DNA of 63,356 nucleotides, the filler included, from Stramenopiles sp. TOSAG23-3 (Eukaryota), in assembly GCA_900128585.1 (NCBI GenBank). It is 50 parts of 50 records of this genome, joined end to end, with 100 filler letters (N's around TTAATTAATTAA, not from the genome) between each part and the next. Parts side by side here need not be neighbours in the genome. Positions count along the whole stretch, not along the records: positions 34,384 to 35,451 come from LT646575.1; positions 35,552 to 36,619 come from LT646576.1; positions 36,720 to 37,786 come from LT646577.1; positions 37,887 to 38,952 come from LT646578.1; positions 39,053 to 40,118 come from LT646579.1; positions 40,219 to 41,284 come from LT646580.1; positions 41,385 to 42,450 come from LT646581.1; positions 42,551 to 43,615 come from LT646582.1; 42 more parts are not named here. One strand, given 5' to 3'. A model generated the notes under the pieces. It was given only the letters and a program-made list of their open reading frames with translations, did no database searches and was not told where the DNA came from. How positions within the stretch are numbered: position 1 is the first letter of the stretch; each line of letters begins with the position of its first letter. Below are positions 34,284 to 46,352 of this stretch, piece by piece. Position numbers and translations under genes: made by a program.

Positions 34284-34383
34284 NNNNNNNNNNNNNNNNN
34301 NNNNNNNNNNNNNNNNNNNNNNNNNNNTTAATTAATTAANNNNNNNNNNNNNNNNNNNNNNNNNNNNNNNNNNNNNNNNNNNN

Positions 34384-35450
34384 GAACTGAGCATTGCGGA
34401 TGCAACTGCTTTTGTCAGGTCCTCTCTATCATCTCCCGACTCCTGCTTCGCGGCTTGTAGCAACTCGTTCCGATCTAATGTCCCATCGCCGTCTTGGTCT
34501 AGTGCTTTAAAAATAGATTTCAAATCGCCAATGCTGAAGCCCTCGCCAAAACATTGCATGTTATTGCCATGGCCACCTACAATCAATTTACCGGTCGAGG
34601 AGAATGCGTTAAGTCGAGCGCTGCCACCTTTCCCGAGCGAAAATGAAAAGACTGGAACCGCACAGAACATAGGCTTCCTTAAGCATCTTGATTCAAATTC
34701 ATTTTGCTTCCGCCTTGAACTCACAATCTGTTCCCCTAGCCCAGCGGCGCGCGCAATTGTGACGTCGATTACTTTCGATCGAATATACAAACGTAGCTCA
34801 CGGTGGTGAAATGTTTTGATTTCCTTTGCTGACGCCTTTACGACAGTTATGACTTCACCCGCAGCGTGGGGAAACTCTAACGGACGGTCTAAGATCAGTG
34901 ACCCAAATCCGATGACAAATCTGTCTTCGGCAAATTGATCGTTCCCTATCCTTACTTTCTGGCCAACTTTAAATCCTTTTGCCGCGGCATTATCCATCGG
35001 CAAAGTAGATGTTCCAGCCGGCACATGTGCTGGCAGAGTAGCATTTGCCACGGCACTTCCTTTTTTGCCGTGCTTTACAGCGGCAGAAGACGATCCTCTT
35101 TTTTTATTTGCCCCTTTGCCTTTGTTTTCGGCTCCCGAACCCCCCATTTTGCCTTTTCCGCCGACTTTAATTCCAAGTTTTGAAGCTGATCCTTGAGCTT
35201 TCTTCTTATCAGATGCGCCCATTCGCCCAATAGTATCAGCTTCGCGCGGCTGGGCAATTGCAGCTAGCTGTTGTTTTAATGAAAGAACTTCATTTTGCAG
35301 CAGGTTTACCTTCTTCTCGTCCACGGAAGATTTTGCGACAGAGGTTGAAATGGTCGTTTTCTTTTTAGAAGTACTCTTTTTCTTTTGCTTAACGCTCCCA
35401 TTTTTTTTCTGCTTCCCAGCTTTTGAGGTAGCAGAAACCTTTTCTTTGAT
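34384..35450 (-). CDS. EF-hand-containing protein fragment
   Basis: Open across the contig; canonical loop DQDGDGTLDRNE; K-rich N-terminal part. Confidence 0.75.
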
Positions 35451-35714
35451 TNNNNNNNNNNNNNNNNNNNNNNNNNNNNNNNNNNNNNNNNNNNNTTAAT
35501 TAATTAANNNNNNNNNNNNNNNNNNNNNNNNNNNNNNNNNNNNNNNNNNNNTAGAAAGTGTTTAATGGCTGTTATAAATTTTAGTATTTAAGAAATTATT
35601 TAAAATAATTTTTTTTGACAAGTATTTAACAATCAAAAACAACAGGATCATTTAGTTGTCCCTGCTTTATATATTGACCGCGGAGTGTCAGTCTCTTTTT
35701 ACCTGCATCCCAAC

Positions 35715-36242
35715 TCATGTCGATCCCAGGCAACCAGCTCGGTACTTTGTTGAAAGGTCTCTACATTTTTTATTCGGCTCTGAAAAAGACGAAGTTGAAT
35801 CCCAATGCTCCGCATACAAAGGGCTTGGCCCGCCCCTAATGTGAGCTTTCAGTATATCTCTAGGTCCCGCGTTTGCCCGCAAGGACATCCCCAGCGCAGA
35901 TTGTTGAAACCTATGGTTATCCCCTAGCGTTTCACGGAAGGATCGCCGATGTTCTTCCCCCCCTGAGAGGATATGGGACGCGGGCGGCACTCGCCGTGCA
36001 AGTTTAGCCGCAAGCGACCTGCTCGCCTCCCCTTTATTCAGCTTCTCTTCGTGGATTTCCAAAAGGGCTTGTTCAACGACGTTGCTGTCTAACAAGTACT
36101 GATACAATGCCCTGGAGATGTCATCGTGACGTTCCTTCGTCCCCGATTCCACCAGTTCACCCCCAACGCAGTCCCCTACGCCCAAGAAGAGGATGACGAA
36201 CGAAACAAAAACGACCAAACGCACCCTTTTCAACCCTGCCAT
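35715..36242 (-). CDS. Hypothetical secreted protein
   Basis: 175-aa ORF with a signal-peptide-like N-terminus; 3' end uncertain. Confidence 0.5.
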   Translation of the reverse strand: MAGLKRVRLVVFVSFVILFLGVGDCVGGELVESGTKERHDDISRALYQYLLDSNVVEQALLEIHEEKLNKGEASRSLAAKLARRVPPASHILSGGEEHRRSFRETLGDNHRFQQSALGMSLRANAGPRDILKAHIRGGPSPLYAEHWDSTSSFSEPNKKCRDLSTKYRAGCLGST

Positions 36243-36458
36243 AACCGGACGTGTCGGATTGTCGTATGTGTTTTATTTATAAATAAACAAACATAGAAAA
36301 CAAATTAAAACCTGACCTCATTATCAATTTCTTTAAATTCATCAATTCGTATAGTTCGTAGTTGAGATCATTGCATTACATAAACATAATACATGCGTAG
36401 TAAAAAAAACAACAAGAAAGAAGAGGAGGTGTGTGTAATTAAAATAATAATAAAATAA

Positions 36459-36544
36459 TTTCTTCTTCTTCTTCTTCTTCTTCTTCTTCTTCTTCTTCTT
36501 CGTTTTCGTTCCCCTTCTTTTAATTAAAAAAATATGAAATTTTC

Positions 36545-36619
<75 letters not shown>
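36459..36619 (+). repeat. (TTC)n and (TTTC)n microsatellites
   Basis: Directly visible. Confidence 0.85.
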
Positions 36620-36719
36620 NNNNNNNNNNNNNNNNNNNNNNNNNNNNNNNNNNNNNNNNNNNNTTAATTAATTAANNNNNNNNNNNNNNNNNNNNNNNNN
36701 NNNNNNNNNNNNNNNNNNN

Positions 36720-36966
36720 CTAAGCCAAGAACTGCCTTTCCATCTTCCTTCGCACGGTAAAATATCCAAAGCCACATTACTGTCATCATCGTCAGTCCCA
36801 AATTTTTATGCACGGGCGCAACGTGGGGTGGGGTAAATCCGGCCCAAGCTCTACCTCCACTCTGCCCCCCCATGAACCTTACGCTGCCAAGTCGACTATG
36901 ACGAAACGCTGGGGCGGCGCTTACCGACCGCCGTGCTGCGGTAGAGACTATTCTTAAGAAAGACAT
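36720..36966 (-). CDS. NDUFB2: Mitochondrial complex I subunit NDUFB2 (AGGG)-like, 3'-truncated
   Basis: R/S/A-rich transit peptide, then MGG...H..LG...MTVMWLWIFYRAKEDG..VLG. Confidence 0.85.
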
Positions 36967-37886
36967 CCTTTTCGTTTCGAATCAAATCAAGAAGAAGAAA
37001 GGAGTACAGTGCAATCGAAGATACATGTATGCGATCAAATCCTGTTGAAAAAATACGAGGACAATTTAACACTGTTCATTCTATTCATCCCCCCATTCTC
37101 TCTTTCGTCGTTCGTTCGATTTTATTGCTCAATGATAAATATATTTTATTAATATATTACAATAATTGGAAGAATTTTTTCGTTGTTCCTTCTTTCTTCT
37201 TCTTAAAAAATAATACAGTTGATGCTTAAAATACGTTGTACTGTATAGTCTTAATCCTATTTAATTTAATTGGTACTAGTCCCATGTTAATTATTGGAAT
37301 AATAAAGACACAGCATCAATAACGAATTTTAAATATGAACGAACGGACGGACGGACGAAGGCCCATTTGAAAACCTATTATTTAACTCTAATGCCGGATC
37401 ATCGACACGATCGTGATCTGAGCATCGAGCAGCACAAAAAAAAGAAAAAGAAGAAGTACCTTGGTAATTGAAACAACAAACTTCAATACTTCAACCCCCC
37501 CAGCAGAGTCATCAAAAGGATTTAATCATTGTATTCGTAAAAATAATAAGACAATTAAGCTATTGTACTTGAATGAAATATATAGGTTTAAGAAAGAGAA
37601 TAAATACAAGAGGGAAACGCGAAGGTTGATCTTTTCGTTGTCGGAGCCTGCGTTGGAGAATAGTGGGCATAGAAATTCAGTTTTATAGGAATGGACGTTC
37701 CGACACGAAAACGATCGTCTACGGAAACGCACCTTGTCGATGAGTCAACACGGTTACCACCGTTTATGTTACCGAAACCTTCTGCANNNNNNNNNNNNNN
37801 NNNNNNNNNNNNNNNNNNNNNNNNNNNNNNTTAATTAATTAANNNNNNNNNNNNNNNNNNNNNNNNNNNNNNNNNNNNNNNNNNNN

Positions 37887-38840
37887 AAACGAGATTCCAA
37901 GAGTCAGCTCTACATTGTCCGACGTGCGTACAGTAAATTCGTAGTCCATGTACCAAGGTCGGCTATCAAACACTTTCATTCGCTTCTCTTTCTTGTTTTT
38001 TCTGAGACCGCTGCTCCATATGAGCTCAATCACTTTGCAGTACGGAGGTAGAAAAAAGGACACTCCTCCGTGCTCCCCAGATCCGTTTCGCATTAAATCG
38101 ATCGTGAAGGAAGGTTCCACCTCGTCCTCGCACTTGGATTCTGGAACCTTTGAGTTTCCCACCAACTTGGCACCTTTGCTGGGGGCACCGACTGTGGTAG
38201 CCCCAAAAGCAACGTGATGGCTGGCAACGGGCACTGCACGAATTGCGCCGGAAATGAAATGGTACCGACCGTACCGGTCGGCAATTATCATTGTCTGATA
38301 CTCCGCAAGGGTGATCAGCTTTTTGACCTCTACGATATCCTGGTCGATGCTCGGGACGAACAGCCCAGGCTTCGTTATCAAGCTTAGCTTGCCGTTTTGC
38401 CTTGACCGTACCATGCAAGCAGTTTCGGCGTCGATTGGGACAGCTTTTCTCTTTGATCCCTCGAAGAATTTCTCCGTAGGCCGTTTGTAGATTATTGCTT
38501 CTCCAACCTCGACCCGGATCTGACCTGTTACCTCGTCAATAAGCCGAACGTACTCGTTCCTCTCCAAGGTAATTGCATTCTCCCTTGAGATGACCTCGTC
38601 GTAGGGACCAAGCTGAAGAAGGGTCGGCCCAACAACTCTAGACAGCTCGCCTGTAGTTGTGGTTTTGATAATTGCGTACTCTCCTGGGCCTAAAACTGGG
38701 CATTGTCGCTTTCTACCGGTTTTAAGTAATCCCACAATGTGAACCCCGGGGCCATTGTATATTTTTTTGCCGGTGAGCGTTGTGACCAAGAGCTGATCCT
38801 GTGGACCCAGGGCGTGAATGGAAATGCAAGCTCCTCCCAT
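37887..38840 (-). CDS. Major vault protein-like (vault repeats plus start of SPFH shoulder), 3'-truncated
   Basis: Repeats such as AITLERNEYVRLIDEVTGQIRVEVG; FFLPPY; YMDYEFTVRTSDNVELTL. Confidence 0.7.
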
Positions 38841-39054
38841 GGTTATATTGTGTGCTGTTCGTCCTTTCTAGGTTTGGTTTGATTAGTTTTTATTGTTATA
38901 TTTGTATTCGGTTGAATCTTTTGAATAAATTAATACATTCATAAATGATACTNNNNNNNNNNNNNNNNNNNNNNNNNNNNNNNNNNNNNNNNNNNNTTAA
39001 TTAATTAANNNNNNNNNNNNNNNNNNNNNNNNNNNNNNNNNNNNNNNNNNNNGG

Positions 39055-40118
39055 CGGAAAAGGAGGGGAGGGTCGAACGCAACGGCTGAAAAAGGAAGTA
39101 CCCCACCAACGCCCTCCCTAGACTGCTACAGATTCCACTCGGCGGTTGGGAAAGGGGGATATGGCGTCGTTTTCAAAGCGCAGCATTTAGATACTCTTGA
39201 ATGGGTCGCCATCAAGGCAATCGCAAAAGAGAAGATTCGGACAAAGGGGCTGCAGAAACGGGTGGTCAAAGAAATAGAAGTCCACGACCGGTTGGAACAC
39301 CCCCATATTGTCGGACTGATAGACTTTAAAGAGGACGAAAATTTCATTTACCTGGTTATGGAATATTGCAGTGGGGGAAACTTGTACCAACTGCTAAGGC
39401 GAAAAAACCGCGAACATGGTGGCGGGATAGGCAAGGGGCAGACGGCCCGGCTTGTGTCTCAGCTTGCCGACGGCGTTGCCTACTTGCACAAGCACGGTGT
39501 AATGCACCGGGATTTGAAGCTTTCCAACCTGCTTTTAACCCGTACTGGGGATCTAAAGATTGCTGATTTTGGCCTTGCAATTGTGTTGGAGCTTCCGGGG
39601 GAAGAGCACTTCACCGTCTGTGGGACCCCAAACTACATTGCGCCGGAAGTCGCTTCCGTGCCGCAGCAGGGCCACGGGCTAGACGCCGATCTCTGGTCGG
39701 TAGGTGTCGTGCTATACTCCCTCCTGGTCGGACGGCTACCGTTCGACTGCAAGAACATGAGTGAAACCTTGGAGAGGGTGCGGCAAGTTGATTACACCAT
39801 ACCGTCGGCAGTCCCTCGAAAAGCCAAAGATTTGATCCGGCGCCTACTCCACAGAGACCCTTCATCAAGGCTTCGGGCAAGGCACGTGCTCCAACATGGC
39901 TTCATTGTTTCGAACTATGTTGCCCCCATAGATAGCACGGAACACGGCGCAGGTTCCAACAGCGAAGCTCTGGGGACAAGCCTCGTTGTTGAGGACGCAG
40001 ACGAGCCGGAGGACGCTATTTCGATATGCGACAGCAATACCAGCGTTTTCCTGTCTACGCAAGCCCAGTACAGAAAGGAAACTGGGGCTAGCAAATCAAG
40101 CAATTTCACGCTGTCCCA
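39055..40118 (+). CDS. PLK4: Polo-like kinase 4 (SAK)-type kinase domain fragment
   Basis: GKGGYGVV, VAIK, EIEVH, HRDLKLSNLLL, KIADFGLA, HFTVCGTPNYIAPEV, HGLDADLWS. Confidence 0.8.
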
Positions 40119-40218
40119 NNNNNNNNNNNNNNNNNNNNNNNNNNNNNNNNNNNNNNNNNNNNTTAATTAATTAANNNNNNNNNNNNNNNNNNNNNNNNNN
40201 NNNNNNNNNNNNNNNNNN

Positions 40219-40610
40219 CCCATGCCGTACCCGCCGCTCATGCCGTACCCGCCGCCCATGCCGTACCCGCCGCTCATGCCGTACCCGCCACTCATTCCGT
40301 ACCCGCCGCCGTATCCCCCACCGTACGAAGACATTCCGTAGCCTTGCTGCCCGTAGCCTTGCTGCCCGTAGCCTTGCTGCCCGTAGCCTTGTTGCCCGTA
40401 GCCTTGCTGCCCCATCATTTCTTGGCCACTTTGATCCATCATACCATCTCCATTCGCCCCGCCTTGCCCACCAGTAGTGGGCGTTGTTAGTCCTGCCGGT
40501 CCAGGTCCAGCCTCGGGGGTCGCTACACCAGCTGGAGTCGCCGGCCCTGGCGTCCCGGGAGCTGTGCCACCCCCGTCCCCGTTCTCCCAAGGTTTTGGTG
40601 GTGACGCCAT
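40219..40610 (-). CDS. PEX13: Peroxin-13, N-terminal fragment
   Basis: N-terminal SPPKPWE followed by a YG/M-rich low-complexity region. Confidence 0.8.
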
Positions 40611-40859
40611 GGACGCACTACCCTGTGGTTTAATCTATAATCTAAAGAAAAACTACACTCCTAAACGATTGAGTAATAACGATGAAAAAGGCAACAATGA
40701 TTTCATAAGTTAACAATATTTCTGAAATACGTTCAGTAATTAATTGTATTTTGTTGTACATAGAAGTCAACTTTATTTTATTATTTTATTATTATTATGC
40801 GTAGTACCACATTTTATTATAATAATGAAGTAAGAAGTAAGTAGGACGGAGGCCTGTCT

Positions 40860-41284
40860 AGAAGAAAGAAGAAAAATCCAGCAGTAGAAGAAAAGAAGAG
40901 AAAGAAGAAGAAGAAAGAAGAAGAAGAAAGAAGAAGAAGAAAGAAGAAAGAAGAAAGAGGAAAGAGGAAAGAAGAAAAAAAAAGAAAGAGGAAAGAAGAA
41001 GAAGAAAGAAGAAAGAAGAAAGAAGAAAGAAGAAAGAAGAAAGAAGAAAGAAGAAAGAGGAAAGAAGAAAGAGGAAAGAAGAGGAAAGAAGAAAGAGGAA
41101 AGAAGAAAGAGGAAAGAAGAAAGAAGAGGAAAGAAGAGGAAAGAAGAGGAAAGAAGAGGAAAGAAGAGGAAAGAAGAAGAAGAAGAAGAAGAAGAAGAAG
41201 AAGAAGAAGAAGAAGAAGAAGAAGAAGAAGAAAGAAAAAAGAAGAAAGAAAGAAGAAAGAAAGAAGAAAGAAAGAAGAAAGAAA
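40860..41284 (+). repeat. Pure-purine GAA/GAAA/GAGGAAA satellite
   Basis: Directly visible, about 420 bp. Confidence 0.9.
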
Positions 41285-41401
41285 NNNNNNNNNNNNNNNN
41301 NNNNNNNNNNNNNNNNNNNNNNNNNNNNTTAATTAATTAANNNNNNNNNNNNNNNNNNNNNNNNNNNNNNNNNNNNNNNNNNNNTCATTCTTTATTTCGA
41401 A

Positions 41402-42215
41402 AGTGTACTTATACATAGGCATTGTACACAATTAGACTACCCCCACATTTTCATTTCTTAGTTCACCTCGTTTCGTTCCTTCATCGATAGTATAATAAGG
41501 AACCTAAGACTATTATTAATATGTACTAAATATAAAATAACTATCTATTTATATACTATTAAATACATAATATTGTACTTGTTTAATGACTAATATAATC
41601 TATCAAATGTATTATTTGATCATTTCTTTAATCCCCCCCCTTTTTTATTGAAGAGAACAACGTTACTCTACTAACTCACCTCCTTCTTAAAAAAGAAGAA
41701 GAAATAGAATTATAGAATCTATATACTAATGTTATTTAAACCCTATGTAATTATAATACTATTAATATTGATATAGAATTATATTTATACTTAAACTATA
41801 TATATAATAACTATGGAGAAACTGTACTTTTAATTTGATTCGTTCCTATCTCGTTTTGAAAAGTGGATTATATCTTTATTTATGGAATAGGTAATGTAAT
41901 GATAATAGTATCCTATATAATTATAATCCTATTCATATTGATATATCATTATATTTGTACTTGGCACAGATAATTTATAACTACGTTTTTAGTATATTAT
42001 AATATCCTATTTATCTTGAAAAGTGGTATATCTGTTTCATTTCGATTCGGAAAGAAAGAATAGAAAACAGGACCATATTATCGATAACGAAAAAATACAA
42101 AACAGGACCATACCATTGATAATTTAAAAAACGAGGAAGGAGGCTGGAGGATGAAAGAAGAAAGGAAAATGTGGGGGTAGTCTAATTGAATAAAATACCT
42201 ATCATATAGTACATT
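41402..42215. mobile_element. Putative non-autonomous TIR element (MITE-like)
   Basis: Perfect 24-bp inverted repeat 41429-41452 / 42165-42188, extendable imperfectly to about 55 bp. AT-rich non-coding interior; no TSD identified. Confidence 0.55.
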
Positions 42216-42230
42216 ATATATATATAATTC

Positions 42231-42433
42231 AGGGAAGGAAGGAAGGAAAGAAGGAATGAAGGAAGGAAAGAAGGAATTGAATGAAGGAAGGAAGGAATGA
42301 ATGAATGAAGGAATGAATGAATGAAGGAAGGAATGAAAAAAGGAAGGAAGGAAGGAAAGAAGGAAGGAATGAAAAAAAGAAGGAAGGAATGAAAGAAGGA
42401 AGGAAGGAAGGAAAGAAAGAAAGAAAGAAAGAA
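42231..42433 (+). repeat. GGAA/GAAT/GAAA microsatellite
   Basis: Directly visible. Confidence 0.85.
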
Positions 42434-42885
42434 AATGGTTTTAAAGACATNNNNNNNNNNNNNNNNNNNNNNNNNNNNNNNNNNNNNNNNNNNNTTAATT
42501 AATTAANNNNNNNNNNNNNNNNNNNNNNNNNNNNNNNNNNNNNNNNNNNNCTTTCTTCTTTTCTTTTAACAACAACTCCAGCACGACCTCCTCTTCTCAT
42601 CTTCCTCTCCTCTTAAAACGACAAGAAGAAAAGAGAAAAGAAGATGGGGGAAGGCCATAATTAAGGATATATGCTTAAAGGAATAACAGAATTATATCCT
42701 TTGTTATGATAAAATCATTGTAGATATAGGAATTTAGATTAAATCATTTTATATAAAAATAGAATTAAAAAAAGTGATAAAATATACTTCTTTATATATA
42801 CACAGCATATATAATACTTAAATAAACATATATCCTTAATTATAGGTGGATTATTTTGTCCCAGTCCTAAATAATCATTCTTCAA

Positions 42886-43020
42886 GAAAACAAAAGCAAA
42901 AGCAAAAGCAAAAGCAAAAACAAAAGGAAAAGCAAAAGCAAAAGCAAAAACAAAAGGAAAAGCAAAAGGAAAAGCAAAAACAAAAGGAAAAGCAAAAGCA
43001 AAAAAGCAAAAGCAAAAGCA
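42886..43020 (+). repeat. (CAAAAG)n-type hexamer tandem repeat
   Basis: Directly visible. Confidence 0.9.
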
Positions 43021-43725
43021 TTACATTTCTATCTCTATATTACTATATTCTCAATAATAAATAGTAATCTTCTCGTTCTCTTTTTTCGGAGAGGAGACAG
43101 CACACAGCACAGAGGAAAACCAATGGTTCGGTTCACCACTTCAAAAAATTTGTAACAGATCAAAATAGAGTTAATATTAGGGTATAGTAAAGGTTCTCTT
43201 CGACGTCGGTGACTCTCCTCTGCTGCTGGCTGCTTTTTTGTTGGTTGGTTGTATATTGGTGTTAAAATTGAGAGGCGTTGTGCCGCCTGTGTGAATGTTT
43301 GGCCCCCCCCCCTTTCGTCTTCTTTTCCGGGTATAGAAGCTAAGAGTTTGTGTGAAATAATTATAAGGAAATATGTAAAAGATGTGGTGACTTATAGTCT
43401 TATCTATATCTTATCTGTAAAAATTTCTTATGTTTTAGTTAATTTTTAGTTTTTTACTTGTTTTTTTAATTACACACGCGGTTTATATGTACCACCGGTT
43501 TAAAATGGTAAAACCGTGTTGTTCTTTTAATTTGTTGCGGATGGTTATCGTTTCTGTGTTTTAGGCCTTAATCTTCGCTGGACGAGGAGAGGTCCGAGTC
43601 CGAGCTCGACTCTGANNNNNNNNNNNNNNNNNNNNNNNNNNNNNNNNNNNNNNNNNNNNTTAATTAATTAANNNNNNNNNNNNNNNNNNNNNNNNNNNNN
43701 NNNNNNNNNNNNNNNTTTCAAGACT

Positions 43726-44751
43726 TCAATATTCTTTCGTGCCTGCTCTTTCTTCTTGCGTTTTCCCGTCTTTGCTCTGAACCCAGACAAAGTATCCCCC
43801 CGTCGGCTCGTATGGTTCGAAGCCTGCGTTCTTCAACTCCGTGCACAACAAATTCTTTTTGCGGCCTAATTCCGCGCTTACGAAGCTGATGTGCTTCTTC
43901 AAGTTGCCGGACTCGATGAAATGGGCCAAGCCCACCGAGTTAAATATTACAGGGTTGTTTCCGCTGTTGATGAAACCAATGCCTGACAGCGGCTTCAGCA
44001 ACGCTGGGTGTGCTTGCACCCAACCAACTTTGATGCCCGGGCCGATCAGCTTCGAAAACGTGCCGACGGACAAAACTCGTGGATCAGCTGCATCGTCTTC
44101 GTAGAACATAGGAACTACTCCTGGCCCTCCCTTTTCATAGTTAAGTAGCTGGTACGCCTCGTCCGCAATGACGTAAAATTTGTGCTTGCGCGCCATTGCT
44201 ACCAGGCGAGTGCGCTTCTCCTGGCTCATGATAACGCCCGTCGGGTTGTGGTGCACGGGGACGGTGTAGACAAGCTTGCATTTTCCGTCCAGCTCTACTA
44301 CAAGTTTTTCAAGTGCATCCAGGTCCATGCCATCCTTCTGCAACGGGACCTCGCACAAGTTAAGCCCGCGCTCTCGAAACATTTGGTGCGCCAAGTAGTA
44401 GGTTGGGGCTTCGGATATGGCGTAATCGCCCGCTTGCGCGTGCACGCGGCACGCAAGGTCCGTTCCCATGGAACCGCCGCCCGTGCTCATTAGGGTGGAG
44501 GGGGACACTTCGCGCCCGTACTCTTTGGACAAGAATCCGGCGAGGGCGTTTAGAAACGCCGGGTGGCCTAGCATAAACGCCCCCTGCTCTTTTGTGCCAT
44601 AGTTCAAGCAAGACCCAGACAGTTCCGTGATCGCTTTGGAGAAAGACTCGGAGAGAGCGGCCTTAAGCTCCGGGTAGTCGATAAGCTCCCTATTCGGCCA
44701 CCCTTTGATAAAGTCTTGTTGGCCTGCGCCTGCATCTGGTGCGTTGCTCAT
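43726..44751 (-). CDS. PLP-dependent class I/II aminotransferase (2-aminoadipate/ARO8-like)
   Basis: EAPTY, YTVPVHHNPTG, IADEAY, GTFSKLIGPGIKVGW, GGYFVW. The C-terminus looks prematurely ended. Confidence 0.9.
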   Translation of the reverse strand: MSNAPDAGAGQQDFIKGWPNRELIDYPELKAALSESFSKAITELSGSCLNYGTKEQGAFMLGHPAFLNALAGFLSKEYGREVSPSTLMSTGGGSMGTDLACRVHAQAGDYAISEAPTYYLAHQMFRERGLNLCEVPLQKDGMDLDALEKLVVELDGKCKLVYTVPVHHNPTGVIMSQEKRTRLVAMARKHKFYVIADEAYQLLNYEKGGPGVVPMFYEDDAADPRVLSVGTFSKLIGPGIKVGWVQAHPALLKPLSGIGFINSGNNPVIFNSVGLAHFIESGNLKKHISFVSAELGRKKNLLCTELKNAGFEPYEPTGGYFVWVQSKDGKTQEERAGTKEY

Positions 44752-44881
44752 AGTTTGAAAATATATATGATATCACATATNNNNNNNNNNNNNNNNNNNN
44801 NNNNNNNNNNNNNNNNNNNNNNNNTTAATTAATTAANNNNNNNNNNNNNNNNNNNNNNNNNNNNNNNNNNNNNNNNNNNNC

Positions 44882-45637
44882 CTTTTCTCTACCGACACAG
44901 CCGTTGAATCGTATTCTAGCGACATTTCCTTTGACGTGTCAGTTCCTGCCGGGCCCAACCCGAGCGAAGCGGAAGGGCGCGCATCTCCTGTGGAGTTTTC
45001 TCCCAGACTCGACATCGAGGAAGAGGCGGAGCGAGAGAGGGCCGTTGTGAAGATGCAGAGCCTTCGCCGGGGCAAGATGGCGAGGAAAAGAGCCGAAGAA
45101 AAAATGGCAAAAAACGAAAGCAAGGCGGCAGTAAAAATGCAATCTCAGTTCAGGGGGCACCGCGTCCGTTTGGAGCAGGCAAAAAAGTACGCAGAAGAGA
45201 CGGACGCCGCGACGAAATTGCAAAGCCGGTTTCGAGGCTTTGCGGCTAGAAAGAGTATGAAAGACAGCGTGCTAGGCGAGGGGGGAGAAAAGGCGAGAGA
45301 GGAGAACGGCGTAGAAAATAAAATTGGTGGGGGTGTCGACGCAGAGGAAGGTAAAACGAAAGGTGACGACTTCGAGAGAGGTGGCGCCCAATATCCAGAA
45401 AAGAAGGAACCACAGGAGGCGGGGGAGGGGGAGGAACGAGCTGAAGAGTCCAACACCATTGAAATTCCAAACAGCAGAGGGGGCGGGGAAGAAGAAGACT
45501 GGGACGGGCAGATGGACGAACTTGAGAGTGTGCACGAGGAAAATAGAGAACAGCAGGAGGCCCAGGAATATCTTGCGGTGGAAACACTCGCTGCAGAGAG
45601 TGAGGGCGCAGTTGGCAAGAAAACCGACCTTGCCTAA
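44882..45637 (+). CDS. IQ-motif (calmodulin-binding) acidic protein fragment
   Basis: Three IQ-like motifs: MQSLRRGKMAR, MQSQFRGHRVR, LQSRFRGFAAR. Confidence 0.8.
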   Translation, partial: LFSTDTAVESYSSDISFDVSVPAGPNPSEAEGRASPVEFSPRLDIEEEAERERAVVKMQSLRRGKMARKRAEEKMAKNESKAAVKMQSQFRGHRVRLEQAKKYAEETDAATKLQSRFRGFAARKSMKDSVLGEGGEKAREENGVENKIGGGVDAEEGKTKGDDFERGGAQYPEKKEPQEAGEGEERAEESNTIEIPNSRGGGEEEDWDGQMDELESVHEENREQQEAQEYLAVETLAAESEGAVGKKTDLA

Positions 45638-46045
45638 AATTTTGCAGCGAGTCCCTGAATTGTTTAACATCAAATTAACCCAGTACATGAAGGAATGTAA
45701 ACCTCTTAATGGACAAGTGATGAGTAGATTCATTTTCGCGGTATATGAGGCCTCCACGTTCAAGTCGACCCATAGAGTGCTGCGGAATGGCCGAGGGTAT
45801 ACCCCGTTTGCAGACGCTGAAGTGGCAAACATTAACGCAAACCCTGCCGCCCACCCGGCGACCCCGTCGCTGCCCCCGACCCCCCCGTCGACGGCGGCGT
45901 CGTCCGTGACGCAGTACACGCCGGACTCTTTTCTGTACAACTCGANNNNNNNNNNNNNNNNNNNNNNNNNNNNNNNNNNNNNNNNNNNNTTAATTAATTA
46001 ANNNNNNNNNNNNNNNNNNNNNNNNNNNNNNNNNNNNNNNNNNNN

Positions 46046-46352
46046 ATATTTTCTTGTTCGAGGACAAGTATTTAATGTACCTGCAGCTGGTCAGGTTCTT
46101 CAGGCCGCCAACTGAGGTCTGATGATTAACCGTCACGGGTGGTGCTAAAACGGAGCCACCCGCCCGTTTCTCATCCGCAAACTTAACCCCACCATTTATT
46201 AGAAAGTGTCCACCGCCATTTAGGCCGCCGTAAATAGTTTCGATGCCCTTAAAATTTACCGCGGCGTTTGCCTTGCCGGTGTGTGCAACGAACACCATCA
46301 GCGCCAAACACGCCACGGCGACGGTGGCTGAATTATTTTGTGACGATCCCAT
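46046..46352 (-). CDS. Secreted protein N-terminus, possible IPT/TIG domain
   Basis: Signal peptide, then I....GG.NGG..FLING and a Cys before KKI. Confidence 0.55.

Noticed and set aside
37691..37786. Divergent gene start MDVPTRKRSS...
   Set aside because: Only 32 codons before the contig end.
45638..45945. Plus-strand frame continuing after the IQ gene
   Set aside because: Cannot tell between a frameshifted continuation, a chimera and a chance ORF.
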